Assembly (NCBI GenBank): GCA_002633005.1
Contig: NMRA01000231.1
Span: forward strand, 252,082 to 316,081
Origin: Phoronis australis
Taxonomy: Eukaryota; Animalia; Phoronida
Reading direction: 5' to 3'
Length of the DNA stretch: 64,000 nucleotides
Positions 25,749 through 37,985 of this stretch are shown piece after piece. Below the pieces are notes generated by a model. It had not been told where the DNA came from. It made no database searches and saw only the letters and a program-made list of their open reading frames with translations. Within the stretch, counting starts at the first letter, position 1; every line of letters starts with the position of its first letter. The position numbers and the translations under genes were made by a program.

Positions 25749-26648
25749 TGAAAAGCAGGAATAATGCAAAACAAAGTAAGAAACTCTTAAAGCAGCTATA
25801 GTAGTATGTGAAAGTCTCAAGATACCAGTTTATAGGACACAAACTGATAAATTCTACTCTCATGTATGGACAAGACACGTTTTACCAAATTACGGCTTTG
25901 CCATTTTTGAGTTCAGTGTCATGGGCTTGCTACACTCAGGCCTTAGTTTGAAAAAATGTGAGCACTCACAACTATATTTTCCATTATTGATTAATCCAAA
26001 ACCATTTTTGGATAGAGGCTTGGTTCTCAATTGGTTTTGAGTGTCATCACTGAGTACCAGCAAGGCAGATATCTTCGAACACTTGTCAGACATTCTGAGA
26101 ATACATCAAAACATGGATGTTCCATTTCCCTAGTGAGCAACAGTGGGCGTTTCCCAAAGCTATCACATGAAGATTTACTCGTGGTCAAGGAGCCTTTGCT
26201 AGGACTTGGAAATTCCTCTAAAGAGAATTTCCTTTTTTGGTTTCGATTTCCTCTATAATATATGATTTCCAGATAAATCTTTTTTCGTCTCTTTCTTTCA
26301 TAATTATTTTGACAACTAATATTTCTATCACATGAGCCTATTTGTTTGTGGATTGATATATCACTTGGAAAATTTTCCTCTTTTTTGTCATTGGTCATTC
26401 CAAGCCCTGATTTACCCATTGGTGAGCAGGTTGAATTCTGTTTTAATTAGCGGCAGAGAACCAGTTTCAATATTGCAATTTAGTAATGTTTATCACGTTC
26501 CAGGCCTCTTTTAAAGTTGGTAAAACTCACCTTCTATCATCATCTATGATTTATACCACTTAACATAGTAAAACTGGTATCAAATGATTTGTTTCTTGTT
26601 GATTTTTAGGCTTGTCTAGATCTTGCAGGTTGTTACTGCTTGAGGTCA

Positions 26649-26916
26649 GGGGTCCATTTCATGAAAAGTGACTTCAGACTTAAGACTTAACTTTGTTCTT
26701 ACGCTCCACATTTTTTTATTTCTGAAAAGTAAATAACTCTCAGTTGACCAAAAGTGTCTGAGAATATAACCTTAACTGCTACTTACTAAAATAAATAAAA
26801 TTCTATGAATTATTTCTGGTCTGTGGTGCTAAATCTCCATTCATCAATTGCCAAGAGAGAGCGCAGGACAAAATTTCCGTCTTTGTCCTCAAGTCACTTT
26901 CAGAAAATGAACCCAG
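26649..26916. mobile_element. MITE family A copy
   Basis: TIRs GGGTCCATTTCATGAAAAGTGACTT / AAGTCACTTTCAGAAAATGAACCC; related ends at 58676 and 62173-62447. Confidence 0.6.
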
Positions 26917-27693
26917 GTTAGGAAAAGGTGTCTCAGCATGCTGTCACTGACTGTGTCAAAAGATTTTGCTAGTCCAAAGGAGCTCATTTCTAGACCGAAT
27001 CAAGCACAGTACAACATCTTGCTGATAACACTTTTGAAGCAAAAAAATGATTTGGCATCTTCAAGTAACTCATTGAGCATGGTCTGAAACTAATAAACTG
27101 TCTTTCTCGAGTGTAGAAATCACTTCTAATATTTGATACAACACTGCAACAACGGTTCCTTGAATGAAATATATTATTTCCTTTCACCAATGAACGTCAG
27201 CATGATTTTGCTGCTGTACGAGCAATGTGTTACAAGAGTTAGAGACATGATAGGGCCACTAAACCGTGCATAATTTGGAAAACATAATCTAAAAGGTGAA
27301 TTCTAAACAAAGTAAGAATGGGTAATGAATGACAGGCGCAACGAGATTTCGAAACAAAACTGAGAAGTTACCGAGTGTTTACATGGTGGATTCCTCCAAA
27401 CAACCCCACAAATTGCCCATGTTGCAAAGCACTAATGTGTGAATAGCAATGGTAATCCAAAAGGCATTTGTGATGATGTACATTCAGCAATAATGTACTA
27501 CGCTAATTCGCTGTATCCCTGTCCGTAATAAACGTGTACCTCTGTACATGCCAAGATGTTCAAAAGGCACACAAATTCTCTTAAATCAAGTCTTGTACAT
27601 TTAGTTTAGTGACCAATTGCTCAACAATTGTACCCAGCATTGATTGTTCCTAGTTGAATATTGTTCCTGAAGGCTGCACATACATGTCTTTCG

Positions 27694-30600
27694 TCAGGCC
27701 AGGTCACATGATTGAAGCAGTGTCTGTAGCGCTTTGGCATAAGCTGCAAGAAACCAGTCAAAAGGTCAGACTGTGGTTATACATATTTACAAAAGATACA
27801 TAAGAAATTTGGAGGGTTTGGGTCAATATGCACTCGGTTTATGGACTATGATTCATACATGTAGTTTATGCCGCGCCGAGCTATCATACTCTGGTCACAA
27901 CAGCAGGCTGAATGTGCTCTCCAAAAAGCACTTTCCATTGACCAACATTGGATTGACACAGTAACACAAACCACATGCAATGTACTGTACAGCTAAAAAA
28001 TTATCGAACAAAATGACTTGGAATTCTGCCGTGATGGTTGAGCACAGGGGTAATTGCTTGTCACGGTGGCTGTGCACGAAGTGTTCAGGACAAACGAATA
28101 TAGAATGAGGAGTCGTTATTGCAACCAATTAGGTGGATAGCATTGAAAATAACAACTGTATTAATAACGAATGAACAATACAACAAGAGAAGCAGAACCA
28201 ATCGACTCGTGCAGGAGGATGTAGTACTTTAACATATTTATAACGTACACGTGTTCAAAGAAAACACACGTCAGCAAGGAAAACAGTGCAACCAACCATG
28301 CCACTGAGAATTTCAAAGGTGCTATTTTCAGGTTTTGCTTTTTGCTTCAAATCCAAAACTGTACTTAGATCAGGTATTCTTAATGTCAGATACATCATAA
28401 ATCACCGGGTGTATGCTGAGCCAGACTCCAAATTTGTGCACCCGCCCAAACTGACATGTCAAACCCGCACTGAGACATAACCATATAACGCATTGAACTT
28501 CATTCTGGCTTGTCCGAAGATTTGTTTGTTAATCCTAGTTTGATGAAATTCAAAATATTAATTGCGGCAAATTTTTAAAAGCCATTTTACTACTAGCATT
28601 TTGAGAGGTTTCGAAGATTCATTTCCCTAACTTTTCGTGTTTATTTTCCTGTGAACAACGGAGATTTTGGTATTGTTTGAAAGGCACTTGGATGGTTAAT
28701 GTTGTATTCAGGTAAATTACATGTAGAACTCTGCGCAACACTACTTAGGTCAAGCCAAAATTGCAAACTTCAATCTCGAATAATTTAGTGGCATTGAATC
28801 TTAATACTGAAGCACTTATTGGATTCCACTCGACTAGTGATTTTTTCAAGTATAGTTAGGAATGCTGAGTCACCATATTAAAGAACCAATGAAAACAAAG
28901 TGTTCCGCCTCACTATACGCAATCGTAGTCAATGAAAACTGACATCTATCCTGCAAAAAGTATTATGTAGCACTTACAAAAAGCCATTGTAGTGTATGAT
29001 GTGAGTGACTTACCTTTTGGATTTCTATAAAACTGACAATTGTTAGCACATGTATCGGGGTTGGTGTCCCAGAAGATAGTGGCACAGCAACACAACAGAG
29101 GGAGCTTCACGTGTTTTAGATCTGCCTTGAGTCCGAGGTTTGCTTTGAGAGCTTCGATATAACTGCAGGAGGAAATGTATGAAAAAAAAGTCACCACATT
29201 CTTAAGCAATTTCACTGAGTAGTACAAATTCATTTGAATGTATAGGACATTTGCGACATCATTTCTTAATTCTGCGAATGACACTGACTTTCACAGCTGT
29301 TTATAACCAATAAACTTATAACTGGTTTACGATAACATTTTACCAGACAATTCAAATAGTCCAAGATTACTAGTAGATTTGCTGCAAGTTAAACTACTTC
29401 AACGTTACGTAATGTTATTCATCCCAGGATTATGACGCCCGGGGAGGTATGTCTGGCCCTAAACACGACCACAGTACCCTGGTTCAAAACAACTTTCTCT
29501 CGTTCACCGTCACTTGTTGTATTCAATAGGGTTACAACAAATTATCGCTCCTTACTGTCATCCAAACCCTAAAAAGCCACTGATTAAAGCTGACTTTCAG
29601 CCTGTACACCTGGCCAAAAAACAAAACCAGTCTCGTATTTTCTACCATGCAAAGATTCTATTTTCGTCACCAACAACAAAAAAACCATCACCGACTCAAG
29701 TAAATAATTTGGGGCTTAGTGGAGTTGGTCAACCTTGAGAATTATAGAATCCCAAATGGCGCACGTATGAATTACCTGTGATTTGAGGCTACCAGCTCAT
29801 TTGGCAATAAATCAAAGTTGGATGACCGTGGGTGGTTTAAAAAATAATTCCAGGCAGGCCACTTAGGTGGGCCCATTGCACTGATCACCTGGAGCCATTT
29901 ATATGCTTTACAAACCAAAGTTAAAACTGAGCTGAGGTGCCAGAAACCTGATTCAAGGGTCTAGCAGTGTGTACCAGTGGGATTTGAACCCATGACCACT
30001 AATAAAGGAAGCAGACACTTATGCCGCTGAGCCACACAGCCTTCTCCAAAACAGTTCAAGAACTTGATAATGACAGCTAAACACCGTCAAAATGCAGCTT
30101 TAACTTCACTGTGCCTTCTATGACTACAAATCGCCTTTTGTAGGATAAAAGCCCAAACATTAATAACATGTGACTTGTCTTGACTACGCTTCATTGAGTA
30201 ACTGGTTTTAGGTAAGTCTTTAGAAGCCCACTAAATTATTAGTGTTCATGTTGCGATAGTGGGCAATGACTGCCTGGGACACTTAACAATAGAGAAAGAT
30301 CTTGTCATCCTCTCTAGTGCAGAATGCCGGTGAATGAGAGAAATGTGTAATGGTTTTGGTAAGCAATTGATTAATGAGATTTACATGAAAACAAATGTTA
30401 CTTGCAATGTCTTGCTATCATAAAAATACAGTAATATCCCTCCAGCAAGAGCAATGCAGAGCGTTAAAATGTGCCCACGAATGCAACACAAATGGTGTGC
30501 GTTAACGGTTGTTTATTTATATCATAAAAATGGCCACTAGATGGAGCTAAAACATCCAATTCATTCGAAAACGGGAAATGTCATTGCTTCTTTAATGGAA

Positions 30601-33600
30601 AGCTATTAACCAAATTCCATAAAAATCTGTTAAGGAACTTCTGAGAAACAAAGGAAAACGGAATAAAATGAAATTGCAACTAGGGGGCACAGCGTTCGTT
30701 GGATACACCTGAGAGTCGTTGTTGTCTATTGTAAACTTCATATAAATACACTTACTAAATTTAATGAAGATTCTGTAGTGACCTTAGGAGATGCAGCTAT
30801 GGGTCCAAAACAAAACAAAACTACCACTACGAGATATCACAGTAGTCAAAGTCGTCATCGTCAACTGTCTTCTTAACACTGAGAACGGATACGCCAATTT
30901 TCAAAACTATCCTTAGAATGGTTTGGTTGATGAAGGAGTGAATGCTAAAAACAGAATCGAAAACAGCAAAAATGGCCACTAGGTGGCGCAAAAAACCTTG
31001 ATTCCATCAGAAAACAGGAGGATAGCGTCATCTCATTAACAGATGCCTATATTGAAAATTTTATGAAAATCCGTTGAAGAACTTTGAAGATACAGACTGA
31101 GGTAAACGTAAAAAACTAAAATTGCCACTACAGGGCACACAGATAGTCATATTTGCTTGAAAGTCGTCGCCGTCCGTTGTCAATATCATATAAATAAACT
31201 TGACAAATTTAGTAAAGTTCCTGCGAACGGTTTAGGAGACACAGCCTTAAGCGCAAAATGAACAAAACTGCCACTAGGAGGCACCACAGTAGTCAGAAGT
31301 CGTCGGAAAATCATCTTCAGCAGTCTTCTTCATACTAAGAACATACATGCCAATTTTCACAATCATTCATAGAGCAGTTTGGTTGATAGAGGGGTGGACG
31401 CCAAAAAACATACCCAAAAACCGTAAAAAATGGCCGCTAGGTGGCGCAAACTACGTCGAATCCATCCGAAAAAAAGGGGAGGAAAGCGTTATCTCCCTAA
31501 TAGGTGCCTATATACCAATTTTTATGAAAACACATTGAGGATCGTTGAAGATAGAGGTAAACGTAAAAAAATAAAATTGCCACTAGGGGGCACACCCGTA
31601 GTCGGATCTGTCTGAAAGTTCGCTCATGTCGTCCCATCAATGAAAGCTACACATGTGCCAAATTTCATGAACATACGTCAAGCGGTTTTGGAGATAGCGC
31701 AGCGGACGCCGCACAGACGGAGATGATGGCATGTTGCGTCCACANGTGTGCGTTAGCGGTTGTTTATTTATATCATAAAAATGGCCACTAGATGGAGCTA
31801 AAACATCCAATTCATTCGAAAATGGGACATGTCATTGCTTCTTTAATGGAAAGCTATTAACCAAATTCCATAAAAATCTGTCAAGGAACTTCTGAGAAAC
31901 AAAGGAAAACGGAATAAAATGAAATTGCAACTAGGGGGCACAGCGTTCGTTGGATACACCTGAGAATCGTTCTTGTCTATTGTAAACTTCATATAAATAC
32001 ACTTACCAAAAAGATTCTGTAGTGACCTTAGCAGATGCAGCTATGGGCCCAAAACAAAACAAAACTACCACTACGAGATATCACAGTAGTCAAAGTCGTC
32101 ATCGTCAACTGTCTTCTTAACACTGAGAACGTATACGCCAATTTTCAAAACTATCCTTAGAATGGTTTGGTTGATGAAGGAGTGAATGCTAAAAACAGAA
32201 TCGAAAACAGCAAAAATGGCCACCAGGTGGCGCAAAATACCTTGATTCCATCAGAAAACAGGAGGATAGCGTCATCTCATTAATAGATGTCTATATTGAA
32301 AATTTTATGAAAATCCGTTGAAGAACTTTGAAGATACAGACTGAGGTAAAAGTAAAAAACTAAAATTGCCACTACAGGGCACACAGATAGTCATATCCGC
32401 TTGAAAGTCGTCGCCGTCCGTTGTCAATATCATATAAATAAACTTGATAAATTTAGTAAGGATAATGTGAACAGTTTAGGAGACACAGCCCTAAGCGCAA
32501 AATGAACAAAACTGCCACTAGGAGGCACCACAGTAGTCAGAAGTCGTCGGAAAATCATCTTCAGCAGTCTTCTTCATACTAAGAACACACATGCCAATTT
32601 TCACAATCATCCATAGATCAGTTTGGTTGATAGAGGGGTGGACGCCAAAAAACATACCCGAAAACTGTAAAAAATGGCCGCTAGGTGGCGCAAACTACGT
32701 CGAATCCAACCGAAAAAGGGGAGGAAAGCATTATCTCCCTAATAGGTGCCTATATACCAATTTTTATGAAAACACATTGAGGATCTTTGAAGATACAGAG
32801 GTAAACGTAAAAAACTAAAATTGCCACTAGGGGGCACACTCGTAGTCGGATCTGTCTGAAAGTTCGCTCATGCCGTCCCATCCATGAAAGCTACACATGT
32901 GCCAAATTTCATGAACATACGTCAAGCGGTTTTGGAGATAGAGCAGCGGACGCCAGACAGACGGAGATGATGGCATGTTGCGTCCACATATTTATAAATA
33001 TGTGGGCGCATGAAAATGTAATTGATACAAAAAACATTATCAGCTTAGGGCATAACATTATCGCAACATACACTTATCGCAGGAGTTAAAATACAAACCG
33101 GTCAATTTCCTTGGCTTTTTTATATATGCGTGTATTTTTTTCCACAATTCTCTTCACTTCCATTTCCTCTCGCTTGACTTTTTCTTTAGGTGTCTCCCCA
33201 GTTACCGGGTCGCGTGTTAATGTAAGTTCTCGGGCATTCCTCTCTTGTCTTTGCCTTTCCTCTTCCACCTCCTTTTTGATTCTAATGGATATTGACTGAA
33301 TCATTACTGTCATATTGAGAGAATGAGAGCAAAACCTTAAACTGGAACATATTAGCTACTACAAAGACATAATTATATGCATACTCATCTAAGAAAATTT
33401 AGCAATGATTAATAGAAATTTGTGACACAACAGGATTTTACTTGCTTTGGTCGAATGGAAGTCACATCGCCTGTTCATTGGCAAATTTTACGTTCCTTAT
33501 ACATGATAACGTTTATAAATTCAGCAGACCCCAAACCTGACTGTGGTACCCTTTCAGCACACCCCGTACCTGGCTATTTTCATCCTCTGTTGTTTGATCT

Positions 33601-36600
33601 TCTTGTTCTCCTTCACCTGCTCTCTTTCAATGTCCATGAACAGTCGACGGTACAGCGCCCTCTGGTTACGTGCCTGAGTTCGTATCTCCTCCTCTGACAT
33701 GGCCGCGTGTATGTCTTTGCCACCAGGGACCTCTGGCAGCCTTGCCTCCATCTGCTCCAAGTGGGGATTCAAGGCCTGAGGCTGAGACAGAGGTCGCTCA
33801 AGATCTGTGCCAGAAATCTCAGCAGCTGAAGGACAAATAAAATTCCTCAACACAACTTGTATTCAATCACAATGGGTATAATCTCACAGAATTCACTAAT
33901 TGTCGTTAGCTGGCTAAATGTTTCAGTCATGTTTACAGTTTTAAAGAGAGAATAAACCTGTGCTTAAAGTAAACAACTTTTGATTTAAGCCACTTACTGT
34001 TGTAAAACTGGCCTCATCTCCCTGAATCAAATTAGAAGGCCCATTAAATGCCTCGCATGACAAACCAGTTTCAGTCACCAATGCAGCCTAACTCTCAATT
34101 TATTGATAAGAGTTCAAATCAAACAAAAGGATAAGAATTTGATGAAAATGTTTGAAAAGCAAATGTGCCTAGTTTAAAAGGTTTGCCATTTTAACATTCA
34201 GAAAATGATTCATAGTGTTGCTTTAATAACAATGAGTAAACACAAACATACCAGTCCTCTGTCTAATTCTGTCCAGCCTTGTTTCATCTTCATCGCCTAA
34301 GTCAAATGTGACTGATTTCCGCGATGCAAACGATTTTTGTGAATCCTTTTTCCTCAACCCACTGTCGGCATCAAAATCTGAGCCAGGTGTCACAGCCGGG
34401 ATATTGTCATCTGAATTCATTGTCAGTCCTGCGTCTCTGCCAACATTCTGCAGTTGAAAATTGTCTCATTTACTAAGTTGGCATTCCAGAGATTTATACC
34501 AAATACACACAGCAATTCAAAGCACTTTAAGCAAAACATCAATACAAAATCTCAAATGTACAATTGACCTGGTTCATAAATTCAAAACAGCCGAGACTAA
34601 TGCTTCCATAGAAATTTAATTGAATGACGCTTGAATTCCATTCAGTGTTTGTACAGCAAAAACAAGAGCAACGCAGTGTTGCTATGTGCCACACAGTGCA
34701 TCAGAAAAACTAAATCTCCTGGGGTCATTTATTACATTCTTGCAAGAGGAGGCAACACCACTAAAATAAAAAATGCGTGAAGAGTGCACAATGCTAAATA
34801 ATCCTCCAAAAACAGTAAGGCACCACTCATCTTCTCATTTTAAAGAGAAACAACTGCAGCAAAAGCATCTCATGTACATCAATTATTGACAAGCATTTTC
34901 AACTGCCTTACATCACCCCAGGTGTCCTTCCAGTGACCCCCTGGGAGGTCATCTGCAGTGGTGGCGCTAGTGACAACCTTTCTTGACACCAACTTGTTAC
35001 GTGCTTCTCTCGTCTGCCTCACTTGCTGGTAATTCTGGTCTTCCAGTTGTTTCAGAGGTTCAAACTTGGCTGTTTCTGGCTCTGGGTAGAAGCAAGTCAT
35101 ATTTTTCAAATTCAACATTCATAACAATAGATCAGTTATAACATTTTACTTAGAGTCCCAGAAAGAACTGCTCTCCGTCACTCTCGTCTAGGTCAACGTT
35201 CACCTTCGACTAAACTCCCTCCCAAACATTTCCGAAATATTCACTTTTAGATGACCATGTTTGGCTTAACGCTCAAAATTAGGCATGCATGTTTGTGACT
35301 TTCGCCATGTCCTTGCACTAACGAGAATATCAACTACTGTACAAAAACTCACACAATTTCTTTCCAACAAAAACAACAAACAATGCATTATCTATATCCA
35401 CAAAAAGTATTGTGTGGTTTGTGCATGTAAAGCAGCTGACAACAATGCAACAGTCTTGATAGATCACTTGGGTGAATGCTCACCATCTGATTTTTGAGTT
35501 TCTCAATTTATTTCAAATGTCCTATGGGTATTTGATTTACAGGCCAATTTGTAAATACGTTTTTAGTGTCCACACACAGAAGTTCGCAAATCGATGCACA
35601 ATGGTCCTTTAATATAACTTGCAATTCTAACATGTTGTCTTCAAAACTGCTTCAGGACTTGTAATCAAATGCTGGATTGTACCATTAGCCACAGTGGCAC
35701 ACTTCAAAGTGAACTTGGCAGACTTTAGCTGCCCAATACATACTTTGTAACATTGGCACTACTAAGCGAAGAATATGAAAATTTTGTCATAGAAGGCATC
35801 ATTGTGCCAGTACCTATTAATCAGAGTAGTCAGTTGTCAAATATGTTGCCATAAGTTAGCCACATTCAGCCATTTTTCTAGGGTACAACACAACCTCAGT
35901 TAGCTTTCATGCCCTAACTGGGATTTCAAAATGTAAGCTAGCCACTAGAGCATGAGTAACTATAACTTGAACGTCCAATACAGACAAATTGCCTACCAAG
36001 CTTTGAGGGGGATGGTCCAAGACGAGATTCCACTGCAGCGGTTGCTCCACACTTGACATGTTTTGGAGATGCCCACAAAGCCTTCTTGAGAACGTTCCTC
36101 TCTGCCTGGATCTAGAGAAGGCAACAGGACTTTCAAATTTTTCATTTGGCAACATGGCGATTTTCACTTATTTAGCACAAAATATGACGGACATGTGAAG
36201 TTTATGTTGTCGAAAATTTTCGACAAAAATTAAGATTTTTTAAGAAATGTTGAGCCAATTTTGCTTTGTCCCTGCTGAGTAGATGTTATAACACAACGTG
36301 TGGTTTCTGTTATTTGCAGTAAGGCAACCAGCTTTAGAAAAATCGAAAAATAACAATTTCTGTAATTACTGTTCTGAGAAATAAGTAAAGTATTATCATA
36401 ACGTTGACTGATGTCATATGCCACTACTGACATAAGCTGTCACAAGCCAGTTTAGTGATACACTTTGCAGGTCAATATATGAGAACCAGTGAGTACTCCT
36501 ATCCCCTGTCTGTATCTTGCATCACGCATTAAAAGTCTATTCAACATTGAATTTATGCCACTTAACAACTTGTGTATCTTGCAGATTCTCAAGTCTGAGA

Positions 36601-37686
36601 AAGTTTAATTTTACTCACAGACCACCACTCCCAAGCTACAACTGATTCGACACCAGTCATCATCACACCAAATATCATTCCTTCACCTCCTATTGCACCA
36701 ATCCCAATCCTTGTTGACATATTCAGACTAATTTCACAATTTGTGACAAATTATACATAGACCACAGCGTTCATGATGAGCTAAAAAGTCAGATCTCCTT
36801 GGTATGAAAAAGCCAATTTCACGATCAAGTACTATAAAAATGCCATTTAACTGATCGGAAAAAACTTTGAGCACTCTGATATTACGTGTGACATTTTAAA
36901 ATAATTATTGACAACAGTACTAACAAATCTAGTAGACTTCTGCACTTGCTGGTGTTTTTTTAGCTTTGTCATATGTTTTACTCTTTTCTTGACATCTTCT
37001 TGAAACTTAAGTAATTTTTCCTGTTTTTCAACCATGGCCTGTCTGATTCGTTGTTCCTCAACTGCAGCAGATCGCTGGAATAGATTAAAAATTATCAGTA
37101 CATAATTAGTTTGTTTACACTGTTAACTCTTAAAAATTTTTAAGACTGTGAACAAGTGTAGTGGCATGTGACTTCTCTATGTGACCTACAATCATGTGAT
37201 GCCTCTATTAGTAAATCACTTGCCAAGCGGCGGTTGCCTCTTAGCTGAACAGTTTAGATGATCAGCTAGTCTTATGCGTGCAACCCTGTTGCTAACCTGA
37301 GGAGCAGGTGGCACTCTTGATCCCTATGAAGGAGAGCAGTGTTGTGAAACAAGACTTCAACTTCCCTCAGCTCTCTCTGACAGCCACAGGCACAGGGGAG
37401 GTAACCATGGTTAAGTGTAAGAATAAACAAAAGAACATGCACTGTTGTGGCACATTCGTCTTTGTTTTACCTGAACATCGTTCTGCAGATTAACGCTGTC
37501 CACAACAATACACGGAATTTCTGGTTGGGCCCATGCGCCGACGGGACGAATTTCCGAATTTCTCAAACCCATTTTGGACATTTCTATCCTTTTAGTAGAA
37601 GATTCTGACCACGCACTGACTGGCCGCTTTTCCTTGTTTCTTGTGACATGTAGAGAATGCCGTTCACGCACGTCAGGCCTGGACAT
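27694..37686 (-). CDS. CCDC15: Coiled-coil domain-containing protein 15 (centriolar)
   Basis: Phase-consistent exons (minus): 37686-37471, 37074-36925 (KLLKFQEDVKKRV), 36111-35997, 35081-34912 (DLPGGHW), 34447-34252, 33825-33570 (ALYRRLFMDIEREQVKE), 33281-33099, 29162-29014 (YIEALK...LPLLCCC...WDTNPDTCANNCQFYRNPK), 27743-27694 (AYAKALQTLLQSCDLA*). The YRRLFMDIEREQVKE and PDTCANNC motifs are characteristic of CCDC15. Confidence 0.88.
29974..30041 (-). mobile_element. tRNA-derived SINE head
   Basis: Minus strand GGCTGTGTGGCTCAGCGG (Pol III A box)...GGGTTCAAATCCC (B box); no clean anticodon or acceptor stem. Confidence 0.6.
30470..33012 (+). mobile_element. Internally repetitive non-autonomous element (Helentron/HINE-like), as two ~1.25-kb copies joined at an N
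   Basis: Copy 1 30495-31744, N at 31745, copy 2 31746-32988. ~150-bp subrepeats; 3' GGACG/CAGACGGA-type motif; terminal hairpin TGCGTCCACATATTTATAAATATGTGGGCGCA (32979-33010). Class assignment is inferred. Confidence 0.7.
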
Positions 37687-37985
37687 TTTCACTCAAGGTG
37701 AAGTTTATCAGCGCAGTACGTTTTTGAGTTTACGGAAGTGACAAATTCAAATATGGCCGCGAAATGTAAATGTCGCCTATTCGAGAAATTTCTTTCAACC
37801 AAATTCTTACTCTTATAGAACAATTGCAGTAATTTTGATGAATATTGAGAGTAAAAGTCATTAAAAGGAAATTATATATAACAATTTTGCGTATTTTGTT
37901 TGAAACCAATTTTTGTTTTATTCTGCCCATCATTCCCAGTAATTATGTCCGCCTCCGTAAGTGGTTTTCAACAGTCTTCAATAAA
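37687..37985. promoter_or_regulatory. Bidirectional promoter CCDC15/TBRG1
   Basis: Divergent ATGs 300 bp apart (37686 -, 37986 +). ACGGAAGTG ETS-like site at ~37732-37740, AATATGGCCG YY1-like site at ~37750, CCGCCTCC GC-box-like site at ~37949. Confidence 0.6.

Noticed and set aside
29974-30041. Functional tRNA gene
   Set aside because: A and B boxes are present but there is no proper cloverleaf; better explained as a SINE head.
31347-32818. Duplicated small ORFs (MPIFTIIHR...)
   Set aside because: Inside the repeat element and frameshifted between copies.
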